In this document: positions 46,094 to 55,495 of the stretch, one piece after another | Numbering within the stretch: the first letter of the stretch is position 1 | Layout: each line of letters starts with the position of its first letter | Source of the DNA: Candidatus Bathyarchaeota archaeon | GTDB lineage: Archaea; Thermoproteota; Bathyarchaeia; TCS64 | DNA: 64,000 bases | Assembly: GCA_026014815.1 (NCBI GenBank) | Contig: JAOZHP010000043.1 | Location: 11,931 to 75,930, forward strand | Direction of reading: 5' to 3' | Position numbers and translations under genes: made by a program | The notes under the pieces: model-generated | What the model was told of the DNA's origin: nothing | Databases searched by the model: none | Seen by the model: the letters and a program-made list of their open reading frames with translations, nothing else

Positions 46094-48329
46094 ATACAAG
46101 ATGGGCCCTCACCAGAGGATAATAGATGATTTCTTCAAAGAGAATGTTTACATGGGTATGCCCATGGTCCATACCACGGACGGCTACCTGGTGCCATGGG
46201 ACAAGTCACGTATTATCAGCATGCTCAACAAGGAGACGACGCTGGCCGAGACGATGTTCGACGTCCCATCCATCAGCAGTCTAGCAGCTGAGAAGATCTC
46301 GGACGAGGTCGAGCGACGCATCAGACTCACCAAACCCAAGTTCGTCTCCGGTCCTATGGTGAGGGAGATCACCAACAACATCCTCCTTGAGTGGAGCCAC
46401 GAGATACCTGAGTTCGGTATCTACAGGAACCTGCTGACAAGGGTAGGTGCACCACTCTATGACGCCTACCAGATAGACATAGGCGGCGGCTTTGAGGCGA
46501 AGGAGAACGCAAACCTGCAGCCCAACCCCGAGACGGTTCACAAGAAGAAGGCAGACATGCTCAGCAAGGAGCAGTACCTCCTCCTCATGGACTCCAAGCT
46601 AGCGACGGCACACACTAAAGGTGACATCCACATCCACACACTGGAATACTTCGGCACCAGACCCTTCTGTCAAGACTGGGACCTCAGATATTTCCTCTAC
46701 TACGGATTGGTACCTGACGGCAGCGGGTTCAGAAGCAGCGTCGCCGGCCCAGCCAAGCAGCCAGAGGTAGCCATACTTCACAGCGTCAAGGTACTCGCCG
46801 CAGGGCAGACCAACTTCAGTGGCGGCCAGGGCTTCATGTACTACACGATGTTCCTCGCGCCTTTCATGCGTGGCTTATCATATACCAAGGTGAAGCAGCT
46901 AGCCCAGATGATGTTCTACGAGCTCACCCAGACCTATGTTACACGTGGAGGTCAGCTGGTTTTCAGTAACATCCAGCTACCCATGGGCATACCGGACATA
47001 TGGAAGAACGTGCCAGTGGTCAAGCACGGAAAGGTGGGACCCGAGACCTACGGTGACTATGAGGACGAGGTGCAGAGTTTCTTCCGAGCAATCACCGAGG
47101 TGGCGCTTGAGGGAGACTACTGGGGTAAGCCATTCAACTTCCCCAAGAACGAGAACTATGTCTCACCGGAGTTCTTCAAGCCAGAGTACGACGACCTATG
47201 GCTCCTTGTCCATGAGACCGTGAGCAAGTTCGGTGCACCCTATTTCGACAACATGCTTCCAGCGTACCGTGGCTACGGTAACGGCATCAGCTGCTACCAG
47301 TGTTGTGCGTATCAGTTCTCTAACACCCCCGAGACGGACCCTATGTTCAACGAGAAACTGTGGTTCCAGGACGGACAGCATTTCAGCATGGGTGGCTGGC
47401 AGGTGGTCAGCCTCAACATGCCTAGGCTAGCCTACAGGGCCAACGGTGACTATGACAAGCTCCTAGGATACGCCAAGGACAATATGAGGCTCGCGATGGG
47501 CGTCTTCGACACCAAACGGAAGTGGATGGATAAGGTCATCGGAGCCAACATGGTGCCGTTCGCCACTCAGACGCCCCGAGACCCACGGACAGGCAAGAGA
47601 GGGCCACCCGCAGTGGACTTCAGTGAACTAGTGAACGTCATCGGCGTCGTGGGTATCAACGAGATGGTGCAGTACTTTACGGGAAGCCAGCTCCACGAGA
47701 CAGACGACGCGCTGCGCCTAGCCATCAGGCTCCTGTTGGACCTAGAAAAGTTCAGGAAGGGCCTGGAAATGAGAAGCGGCAACAAGGTAATGCTTGCGAG
47801 GACACCCGCGGAGAGCACCGCGCAGACCTTCGCGGTAGCAGACCTAGTGAGCCCCCAGTACAAGACATTCGCGAACCAGATGGTGAAGGGAGACCTGGAG
47901 GCAGCCAGGGGAATCACAAGCAAGCGTGACATGCCTGTCTATTACAGCAACGGCACCCACACCTACGTAGGCGCCAAGATTCCACTGGGCAGGAAGATTG
48001 ACATCGAGCACAAGTTCTTCCCCATACTCAGCGGAGGTAACATATTCCACGCGTGGATAGGGGAAAGCGCATCTGACCCAGAGGCACTATACAAGCTGAC
48101 GCAGCGTATCTGCCGTAACAGCCAGATAGGTTACTTCAGCTACACGAAGGACCTGACTGTGTGCAGCAGCTGCGCCAGCACCAACGTGGGTATGCTGAGT
48201 AACTGCCCCGCATGTGGCTCAACCAACGTCCGCCACTGGAGCAGGATCACCGGGTACTACACTGACGTGACTGGCTGGAACGAGGGAAAACGCCAAGAAC
48301 TCATGGACAGGTACCGGGTAACCATCTAA
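46086..48329 (+). CDS. nrdD: anaerobic ribonucleoside-triphosphate reductase (class III)
   Basis: 747 aa. CYQCCAY active-site region, C-terminal Zn ribbon CSSCAS...CPACGS and glycyl-radical motif SRITGYY. Confidence 0.9.
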   Translation: MAKYKMGPHQRIIDDFFKENVYMGMPMVHTTDGYLVPWDKSRIISMLNKETTLAETMFDVPSISSLAAEKISDEVERRIRLTKPKFVSGPMVREITNNILLEWSHEIPEFGIYRNLLTRVGAPLYDAYQIDIGGGFEAKENANLQPNPETVHKKKADMLSKEQYLLLMDSKLATAHTKGDIHIHTLEYFGTRPFCQDWDLRYFLYYGLVPDGSGFRSSVAGPAKQPEVAILHSVKVLAAGQTNFSGGQGFMYYTMFLAPFMRGLSYTKVKQLAQMMFYELTQTYVTRGGQLVFSNIQLPMGIPDIWKNVPVVKHGKVGPETYGDYEDEVQSFFRAITEVALEGDYWGKPFNFPKNENYVSPEFFKPEYDDLWLLVHETVSKFGAPYFDNMLPAYRGYGNGISCYQCCAYQFSNTPETDPMFNEKLWFQDGQHFSMGGWQVVSLNMPRLAYRANGDYDKLLGYAKDNMRLAMGVFDTKRKWMDKVIGANMVPFATQTPRDPRTGKRGPPAVDFSELVNVIGVVGINEMVQYFTGSQLHETDDALRLAIRLLLDLEKFRKGLEMRSGNKVMLARTPAESTAQTFAVADLVSPQYKTFANQMVKGDLEAARGITSKRDMPVYYSNGTHTYVGAKIPLGRKIDIEHKFFPILSGGNIFHAWIGESASDPEALYKLTQRICRNSQIGYFSYTKDLTVCSSCASTNVGMLSNCPACGSTNVRHWSRITGYYTDVTGWNEGKRQELMDRYRVTI

Positions 48330-48330
48330 C

Positions 48331-48342
48331 TTCTTTTTTTCT
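48331..48342 (+). terminator. oligo-T tract after nrdD
   Basis: ttctttttttct lies immediately after the TAA. Confidence 0.4.
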
Positions 48343-48389
48343 TCATACATATTATATTTGTCAACTGTTTTCTGTTTACTTGAGCTGGT

Positions 48390-48851
48390 TTGACCTTCCG
48401 AGTAGGATACCTGACGCCCAGGGAGACAGATATCTGGGCTCTTCGCAGACAAAGAAACTCTCAGTCGCAGATAAGCCGCATGATGGGGGTCAGCAGACAG
48501 GCCATCCACAAGGCTTACCAGATAATCGACCAGAAGGTGGAGCAGGCGTTCCTGGAGGCGGCCGAGGCAAACAACTTGGACGCAAGGACCATCAATCTCG
48601 TCGAGGGCGTCATGGAGGCTTACAGTCCAGCGCACAAGCTACCAGTAATAGTTAGTTTCAGCAAGATCAACGGCGTCAAAATCTGGTATCTATACGAGGG
48701 AAGATGCGGTGAGTGCCACTTGGAGAGTAGCTGCAGGAAAATCCTAGAGAACGAAGCAGATGAGCGAGGTGTACGGCTCACCACGGCTGATAAGCTGATT
48801 CCGCCAACCCAGCTCGCGTTGAAGATATTCGGACTGGAGGGAAACAATTGA
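48390..48851 (+). CDS. Tfx-like HTH DNA-binding protein
   Basis: 153 aa. LTPRETDIWALRRQRNSQSQISRMMGVSRQAIHKAY (sigma-70 region-4/LuxR-like HTH typical of archaeal Tfx). Confidence 0.65.
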   Translation: MTFRVGYLTPRETDIWALRRQRNSQSQISRMMGVSRQAIHKAYQIIDQKVEQAFLEAAEANNLDARTINLVEGVMEAYSPAHKLPVIVSFSKINGVKIWYLYEGRCGECHLESSCRKILENEADERGVRLTTADKLIPPTQLALKIFGLEGNN

Positions 48852-49162
48852 GTAAGTTAGACTTAACGAGGGCTTGTCCATTCGCCTCAGGAGTAGCGAA
48901 GCCCGATAAGATGTATGTTGCACCTCGGCCGGCTGTTCCTTTCATAAAGAGGCTCACGAAGAATCGGGCGTTGGTGTTTACCATGGCTATATTGGGTTTG
49001 ACGTTCGTATACACGTCATCTTATGGCTTCGTGAACACGACGGGTAAGCCTATCTTGTTTCAGGATAACTACGTGATAGTTGTGAGCTTGTATTCGTATG
49101 TTATAGGAATGATCACATACTTTGTGAAAGAGTACAGGCAGAAGAAACGAAAGGAAATTTGA
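48848..49162 (+). CDS. small 2-TM membrane protein
   Basis: 104 aa. 4-nt overlap with the upstream gene and two hydrophobic helices. Confidence 0.45.
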   Translation: MSKLDLTRACPFASGVAKPDKMYVAPRPAVPFIKRLTKNRALVFTMAILGLTFVYTSSYGFVNTTGKPILFQDNYVIVVSLYSYVIGMITYFVKEYRQKKRKEI

Positions 49163-49264
49163 ATAAATTTTGCAGCGAATTAAGCCTCGCCTTCAAAACT
49201 TTATTCCTAATTAACTGATACGCAAGTAGCAACCATTTTCAGGGACTATATCGGTTCAGACAAT

Positions 49265-49849
49265 ATGACAGGTATCGTCCTCGACACTGCTACGAAGCGT
49301 AGGACTGCACGCAATTTCAGGTCAGACCCCATCTCAGAGGATACAATAACTTACATTCTAGAGACGGCGAGACAAGCCCCCAGTGGCAGCAACACTCAAC
49401 CGTGGAGATTCATCGTTGTAACTGACCCTGAGGTCAAGATGAAGGTACGGACAACAGCCGAGGAGGGAGAACAGGCGTTCTATGAGACGCTTCCACCTGA
49501 ACGCGCCAAATGGTACAGGAAGAAAGGGCTGAGCCCTAACAAGCCTCACCTCACGGATGCCCCTGTGCTTTTAGTGGTTCTTGGTGACACTGCTGCGCCT
49601 AACTGGAAGCCCAGTGTCTGGGTTGCAATTGGCTATATGTTGCTGGCGGTCGAGGAACAAGGTCTCGCCACTGTCACGTACACTCCATCAGACCCCGAGA
49701 AGGTACGTGTGGCGTTGGGTGTACCAGAGAACTTTGAGGTGCAGACCGTGTTACCCATCGGGTACTCTGCTGACGATAAAGCCAAGGAAGAAAGGCTGCC
49801 TTTAGAGGAACTCGTATTCATGAACTCTTGGGGTAATGGAACAGGGTAA
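49265..49849 (+). CDS. nitroreductase family protein
   Basis: 194 aa. KRRTARNF and APSGSNTQPWRFIVV. Confidence 0.8.
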   Translation: MTGIVLDTATKRRTARNFRSDPISEDTITYILETARQAPSGSNTQPWRFIVVTDPEVKMKVRTTAEEGEQAFYETLPPERAKWYRKKGLSPNKPHLTDAPVLLVVLGDTAAPNWKPSVWVAIGYMLLAVEEQGLATVTYTPSDPEKVRVALGVPENFEVQTVLPIGYSADDKAKEERLPLEELVFMNSWGNGTG

Positions 49850-49885
49850 CCCTGTTGTTGTGTTGCTGTTTCGAGGAACATTTTT

Positions 49886-49936
49886 ATATCAGTATCGGAT
49901 TTGATATCGAATATGATATCTAATTCGATATCGGAT
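49886..49936. promoter_or_regulatory. cluster of GATATC-centred palindromes upstream of padR (candidate operator)
   Basis: tatcagtatcggatttgatatcgaatatgatatctaattcgatatcggatg. Three gatatc cores, and cgatatcg/tcgatatcg half-sites within 45 bp, ending 10 bp before the PadR start. Confidence 0.5.
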
Positions 49937-49945
49937 GTGATGTGA

Positions 49946-50443
49946 ATGGACTTTCATAGAAAACGTAGAAGAATCGGCGTACCCAAGGGAATGCTACGTT
50001 ACATGAGCCTCCAGATGCTAAAGGAGAGACCCATGTCAGGTAGCGAGCTCATGGACCAGATCTATGAGTACACAGACTGGCGACCCAGCCCAGGAAGCAT
50101 ATACCCCATGCTAGGCCACATACAAGAAGAAGGCTACATTGAGCCCTACGAGGACCAAGACCCTAGCCTAAAACGATTCAAGCTAACCGATAAAGGGTTA
50201 AAAGAGATCAACGAGCAGCTAGAACACGGTCAACACATCAGAAACAGAAATAAATGCTTCCGCAAAATGTACTGGAGACTTCACAGGGAGATGCCCGAGC
50301 CTCTCTACGAGAGCTTCAGCGGGCTCTTGGACGCATTCGATGAAGCCTACAGCAAAACAAAGGTAAACGAGATTGGCACTGAGAAACTTCAAAAGATCTT
50401 AGATGACACTACAGGCGAAATAAAAAAAATAGGAATTAATTAA
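49946..50443 (+). CDS. PadR family transcriptional regulator
   Basis: 165 aa. MLKERPMSGSELMDQIYEYTDWRPSPGSIYPMLGHIQEEGYIE. Confidence 0.8.
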   Translation: MDFHRKRRRIGVPKGMLRYMSLQMLKERPMSGSELMDQIYEYTDWRPSPGSIYPMLGHIQEEGYIEPYEDQDPSLKRFKLTDKGLKEINEQLEHGQHIRNRNKCFRKMYWRLHREMPEPLYESFSGLLDAFDEAYSKTKVNEIGTEKLQKILDDTTGEIKKIGIN

Positions 50444-50444
50444 C

Positions 50445-52187
50445 ATGAGTGATTTTAGACGAATTCTCAACTACGTTAAACCATACAAAAAAGAGGCCAT
50501 CGCTGCAATGATTCTTCTTGGACTTGTGGTCGCAGCTGACCTTAGCATACCTAGGCTAGTCCAGGTGATCATCGACGATGGCATCGCCAACAAAGACATG
50601 GCCAAAATAATCAACACAAGCCTACTCATGATTGGAGCCAGTATCGCCAGCGCTCTCTTCATGGTTGGTAACACTATTGCCGCGGTGAAGGTTGCTAGGA
50701 GCTTTGAGGCTGATCTTCGTGAGTCGGTCTTTAAGAAGATACAAACATTCAGCTTCGGCAACTTGGATGATTTCACGACGGGGCAGCTATTGACGCGTAT
50801 GACCAGCGACATCAACCAGATTCAGATGTTCATTGTCTTGGGTCTCAGGATGTTCACAAGGGCTCCCTTGATGTTCATTGGTAGTCTAAGCATCATGTAT
50901 GCGACTAACCCAAAGCTAGCCAACATCATGTTAATACTTCTACCCATAACTCTGGTTCTCGTAACAGCATTCATCAGAGTTGTTACCCCATACTTCTCGA
51001 AGGTACAGGAACGTTTAGAGGCTCTAAACCAAGTGATGCAGGAAAACCTGTCAGGTATCAGGGTCGTAAAGGCGTTCGTGCGGCGAGAATATGAGAACGA
51101 GAGGTTTGAGGGTGCTAACACACAGCTATTTGAGACTCAGCTTAGATTCACACAATTACTGAGCATTTTCTTCCCAATCATAATGGCGTTGATGAACTTT
51201 GGAACAGTCGCAATAATTTATTATGGTGGCTTACAGGTATACGCAGGCGTAACTAGTGTCGGCCAGATAATGGCTTTCATCAACTACCTCTTCAGTACTA
51301 TGTTCCCTGTCATGATGCTCGCAATGATGGCTGGACAGATCTCAGCAGCTAACGCGTCAGCTGGACGAATCATGCAGGTACTGGATACCGAAGCAGAGGT
51401 TCAAAATAAAGAGACCCCAGTCAGGCTAGAAAACGTTGAGGGAAGAGTCGTATTCGAGGACGTAACCTTCAGCTACCGCGACGACGGTGGAGACCCGGTG
51501 CTAACCGACGTATCCTTTACGGCGGAACCGGGGCAGAATGTCGCTATTCTGGGTTCAACCGGTTCGGGTAAGTCTAGTCTAATCAATCTAATTCCAAGGT
51601 TTTATGATACCAACAAGGGACGTGTGACGATCGACGGCGTCGATGTCAAGGACATGGACATGAATAATCTACGAGCAAACATCGGCATCAGCCTACAAGA
51701 TGCAGTACTCTTTAGCGGAACAATCAGAGACAACATCAGGTATGGAAAACCAGACGCAACCGACGACGAAGTATTCACCGCCGCAAAAGCTGCACAAGCT
51801 CACGAATTCATAACTGGGTTCCCTCAGGGTTACGATACCATGGTCGGTCAGAGAGGCGTGAACCTTAGCGGAGGCCAGAAACAGAGAGTGGCAATCGCAA
51901 GGGCGCTACTAGTAAAGCCCAAGATACTCCTTCTGGATGACAGCACCAGCGCCGTTGACGTCGAGACCGAGACGAAGATCGAGGAGGCACTGGAGAAAAT
52001 GATGGCAGACACCACCAGTTTCATCATAGCCCAGAGGATCAGCACGGTTCTCAATGCAGACAAGATCCTCGTATTGGATGAGGGACGGATAGTAGCAGAG
52101 GGAAACCACGTTCAATTAATGGATACAAGCCCCATCTACAAGGAAATATATGACAGTCAACTAGGTGACGGAGGTGCTCATCAATGA
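50445..52187 (+). CDS. ABC exporter, fused permease/ATPase (heterodimer subunit A)
   Basis: 580 aa. 6-TM domain, Walker A GSTGSGKSS, LSGGQKQR, Walker B ILLLDDSTSAVD. Confidence 0.9.
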   Translation: MSDFRRILNYVKPYKKEAIAAMILLGLVVAADLSIPRLVQVIIDDGIANKDMAKIINTSLLMIGASIASALFMVGNTIAAVKVARSFEADLRESVFKKIQTFSFGNLDDFTTGQLLTRMTSDINQIQMFIVLGLRMFTRAPLMFIGSLSIMYATNPKLANIMLILLPITLVLVTAFIRVVTPYFSKVQERLEALNQVMQENLSGIRVVKAFVRREYENERFEGANTQLFETQLRFTQLLSIFFPIIMALMNFGTVAIIYYGGLQVYAGVTSVGQIMAFINYLFSTMFPVMMLAMMAGQISAANASAGRIMQVLDTEAEVQNKETPVRLENVEGRVVFEDVTFSYRDDGGDPVLTDVSFTAEPGQNVAILGSTGSGKSSLINLIPRFYDTNKGRVTIDGVDVKDMDMNNLRANIGISLQDAVLFSGTIRDNIRYGKPDATDDEVFTAAKAAQAHEFITGFPQGYDTMVGQRGVNLSGGQKQRVAIARALLVKPKILLLDDSTSAVDVETETKIEEALEKMMADTTSFIIAQRISTVLNADKILVLDEGRIVAEGNHVQLMDTSPIYKEIYDSQLGDGGAHQ

Positions 52188-54370
52188 GTGGCCACTTCGG
52201 GGGATCCTCAAGAGGACAACCATCCGACAAAGATGACCCCCAGCAGAGAAGCAGTATGGCTCGCCGCGGACCCAGAATGATGAGAAACGTAGAGAAAGCA
52301 AAAGACGCGAAAGGAATACTCCGTAGACTTCTTAGTTACCTTGGAGAGTATAGGATTCTCTTGATTATGGTCACGGTGTTGACAGTAGCGAGCGCCTTGC
52401 TAAACTTAGCTGGTCCATACCTGCAGGGAGTCGCCATCGATCAGTTCATCTTGACGGGTGACCGGGAGGGATTAGTGAGGATTATTACTATTCTCGCGGG
52501 AACCTATGTCGCTGGAACCATCGCGTCGATGGGCGCGGGATGGGTTATGGCAGATATCAGCCAGCGAAGCCTCATGAAGCTAAGGAAAGAGCTTTTCGAG
52601 CACATGGAGACGTTGAGCCTAAGCTTCTTCGACAAGCGCCCCACTGGGGACCTCATGAGCAGGCTCACGAACGACATAGACGCGATAGGGACAGCGCTAT
52701 CCCAGAATGTTACCCAGCTCATCCAGAACTCCATCACGCTGGTAGGAATCCTAGTGATGATGTTCAGCTTGAACGTACGATTGGCGTTAGCGAGCCTCAT
52801 CGTCTTCCCCATTATGGTCGTGTTGACGGCTCTTGTGGGTGGGAAGACAAGGGAAAGCTTCAGGGGACTTCAGATGAACCTGGGTATGCTCAACGGCACC
52901 ATGCAGGAGACCATCTCAGGTCAACGTGTAGTGATTGCTTTTGATCAGCAGGAATCAGTGAACAGAAAATTCACCAAGCTCAACACCGAGGTTAGGGACC
53001 TAGGTATAAAAGCAATGACATACGCCATGTTGATCCCACCATTGATGGGCATACTGAGCAACGCAAACATCGCGATAGTTGCAGGAATCGGCGCCTACAT
53101 GGTCATCAAAGGGATGGCAACGGTTGGAATCATCGCAACCTTCATAACCTATAGTAGAAGGTTCGCTGATCCGCTCAGACACTTTGCTAACCTCTACAAT
53201 AGCATCCAGAGTGCACTGGCAGGAGCCGAGAGAATATTTGAGGTAATCGACACCGAACCTGAGCTAACTGACGCTGAGGACGCAATTAGCGTATACGAAT
53301 TGGAAGGCGAAGTGGTTTTCGACGAGGTTGACTTCGGGTACGTTCCGGAAGTACAGGTACTCAAACACATCACGTTGAAGGCGAAGAAGGGACAAACCAT
53401 AGCCCTTGTAGGGCCGACAGGCGCAGGAAAGACGACAATGGTCAATGTGCTCACGCGGTTCTACGATATCCAAGACGGAAGTATCACCATCGATGGCATG
53501 AACATCAAGCAGATCAAGAAAGATGACCTCAGAAGACAGCTTGGAATCGTCCTTCAGGACGTGTTCCTATTCAGCGGCACAGTGATGGACAATATCAAGT
53601 ACGGGAACCTTGAGGCAACCGAGGAGGACTGTATCGCCGCCGCCAAGCTTGCAAACGCAGACGGCTTCATCAGGAGGCTACCGCAGGGATACGAGACCAA
53701 CCTCAGCGAGAGAGCCACCAACCTGAGTCAAGGGCAACGGCAGCTACTCAGCATCGCGAGGGCAATTGTGGCAGATCCGTCTATACTTATACTGGACGAG
53801 GCCACTAGCAGCGTTGACACGAGGACCGAGATCCAGATACAGCAGGCGTTGCTGAATCTCATGGAAGGAAGAACCGCTTTCGTAATCGCACACAGGCTCA
53901 GCACCATCAGGAACGCTGACATGGTGCTTGTCATCAACGACGGCAAGATAATCGAGAGGGGAACACACACGCAGCTACTAGAGAAGAAAGGCTTCTACTA
54001 CAACCTCTACATGAGCCAATTCAAGGGAACCAAGGACGACGTAGACTTTGAGTACATCAAACCAGTTGAACGACCTGAACCCATGATGCAGCCACAGGGT
54101 ATGATGGGAAGAAGGGGTATGCGTGGCATGGGGGGAGGCATGCATGGAGGCATGAGACCCTCACCAGCTATGATGCAGGAGAGGATGATGCAGATAGCCG
54201 AGACCTTCAAGGAGAAAGGCGCCGTCTCACCCGAGACAGCTTTGTCTATTGAGGAGTTGGGGCTTCCGCCGATGTTCGAGATGATGCAAATGAATATGGG
54301 TCAATCCAGTGCATTCCTTGAGCACAACGGTAAATTCTACCTCTCCGAGGAAAAACTAGGAAAAATGTAA
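52184..54370 (+). CDS. ABC exporter, fused permease/ATPase (subunit B) with a Met/Gly-rich C-terminal extension
   Basis: 728 aa. GPTGAGKTT, LSQGQRQL, ILILDEATSSVD, plus an extra tail of about 120 aa (MMQPQGMMGRRGMRGMGGGMHGGMRPSPAMMQERMMQ...). Confidence 0.9.
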   Translation: MSGHFGGSSRGQPSDKDDPQQRSSMARRGPRMMRNVEKAKDAKGILRRLLSYLGEYRILLIMVTVLTVASALLNLAGPYLQGVAIDQFILTGDREGLVRIITILAGTYVAGTIASMGAGWVMADISQRSLMKLRKELFEHMETLSLSFFDKRPTGDLMSRLTNDIDAIGTALSQNVTQLIQNSITLVGILVMMFSLNVRLALASLIVFPIMVVLTALVGGKTRESFRGLQMNLGMLNGTMQETISGQRVVIAFDQQESVNRKFTKLNTEVRDLGIKAMTYAMLIPPLMGILSNANIAIVAGIGAYMVIKGMATVGIIATFITYSRRFADPLRHFANLYNSIQSALAGAERIFEVIDTEPELTDAEDAISVYELEGEVVFDEVDFGYVPEVQVLKHITLKAKKGQTIALVGPTGAGKTTMVNVLTRFYDIQDGSITIDGMNIKQIKKDDLRRQLGIVLQDVFLFSGTVMDNIKYGNLEATEEDCIAAAKLANADGFIRRLPQGYETNLSERATNLSQGQRQLLSIARAIVADPSILILDEATSSVDTRTEIQIQQALLNLMEGRTAFVIAHRLSTIRNADMVLVINDGKIIERGTHTQLLEKKGFYYNLYMSQFKGTKDDVDFEYIKPVERPEPMMQPQGMMGRRGMRGMGGGMHGGMRPSPAMMQERMMQIAETFKEKGAVSPETALSIEELGLPPMFEMMQMNMGQSSAFLEHNGKFYLSEEKLGKM

Positions 54371-54374
54371 AAAA

Positions 54375-54409
54375 GGGGAGTAACGCCTCCCCACAGTTTT
54401 TATTTTTTT
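54375..54409 (+). terminator. hairpin plus oligo-T after the ABC operon
   Basis: ggggag-taacgc-ctcccc followed by tttttattttttt. Confidence 0.5.
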
Positions 54410-54549
54410 AACGCAGCTAGAGTAGTCTTTACGCCTTGAACCATGAGCCCCACGCGGTCTCACCCTTCGCGAGCTTATCTTTGAGTTTGTTTAATATGTC
54501 TAATTGGTTGTGCACTGGATATTTAACACCGGAATATGGAGTCATATCC

Positions 54550-54936
54550 ATGAAGATAGACGGCACCATCACATTCTTTTACTATAACGACCTCGCCGCC
54601 GCGGCAAAGTTTTATGGTGATGTCATGGGCTTTGAGCCAGTAATCGACGTGGAGTTCGCCAAGGTCTACAAAGTATACAATGACGTACACGTTGGGCTCG
54701 TTGACGGAAAGGAGGGCTACATCAAGGCAATGGAAGACAAGCCAGTGATGCTCAGCTACTTCAGCGACGATATCGATGAGTGGCACAGATTACTCGTGGA
54801 GAAAGAAGTCGAGATAGAGCAGCCTCCCACAGAGCAACCATACCTAAAGATGAGAACTATGCTATTCAGGGACCCGGAGGGGTACCTCATCGAGATTCTT
54901 CAATGGCTCGTCAAGCCATACGGTAAAACTCAGTAA
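54550..54936 (+). CDS. VOC/glyoxalase family protein
   Basis: The start is moved to the internal ATG (MKIDGTITFFYYNDL...), by analogy with the downstream paralog. FRDPEGYLIEILQ C-terminal motif. Confidence 0.7.
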   Translation: MKIDGTITFFYYNDLAAAAKFYGDVMGFEPVIDVEFAKVYKVYNDVHVGLVDGKEGYIKAMEDKPVMLSYFSDDIDEWHRLLVEKEVEIEQPPTEQPYLKMRTMLFRDPEGYLIEILQWLVKPYGKTQ

Positions 54937-54964
54937 AGATATAGACTACGTGGCATCGTAAGGA

Positions 54965-55357
54965 GTGATAGTCATGAAAGGCATTGAAGGAATGATCACG
55001 TTCACGTACCACGACGACATCGAGAAGGCTAACAAGTTCTACAGGGACACAATGGGCTTCAAGCAGGTCATGGACAGGGACTGGGTCAAGATATTCAAAG
55101 TGGGCGCTGATAGCCATGTTGGCCTAGTAGACTCGGAGAAAGGTTTTCTCAAGCCACAAAAAGAGAAGCCTGTGATGCTCAGCTTCATGGTGGACGACAT
55201 AGACGCATGGTACAGCAAGCTCACGGAGCAGGGTGTCAAGACTAACCACCCGCCGCAGGTAGGAGACGACATCCACATGTCGGGCTTCCTCCTCTGGGAC
55301 CCATCAGGGTACGTCATCGAGATACTGCAGTTCCTGACAAAGCCCTACGGCGAGTAA
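54965..55357 (+). CDS. VOC/glyoxalase family protein (tandem paralog)
   Basis: 130 aa. Collinear with the previous gene (ITFTYHDDIEKANKFYRDTMGF..., WDPSGYVIEILQ). Confidence 0.75.
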   Translation: MIVMKGIEGMITFTYHDDIEKANKFYRDTMGFKQVMDRDWVKIFKVGADSHVGLVDSEKGFLKPQKEKPVMLSFMVDDIDAWYSKLTEQGVKTNHPPQVGDDIHMSGFLLWDPSGYVIEILQFLTKPYGE

Positions 55358-55495
55358 CGATTTCATGGATCTCTATTCCATAACTTTGTAATATCTTAAA
55401 GAACTGGGAGTTATGAGGAATAGCTGACACCCCATGCCGAAACTAGGTATGGTGAAACCACTTGTGGTTCACCCCTAGGTGCATGGGGCCCCTCC

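Noticed and set aside
49886-49936. A mini-CRISPR or tandem repeat array.
   Set aside because: It consists only of short overlapping palindromes, with no repeat-spacer periodicity and no cas genes. An operator is the simpler reading.
54436-54549. A 38-aa N-terminal extension of the first VOC protein.
   Set aside because: The extension has no counterpart in the tandem paralog and looks non-coding. The internal ATG at 54550 gives a canonical VOC N-terminus.
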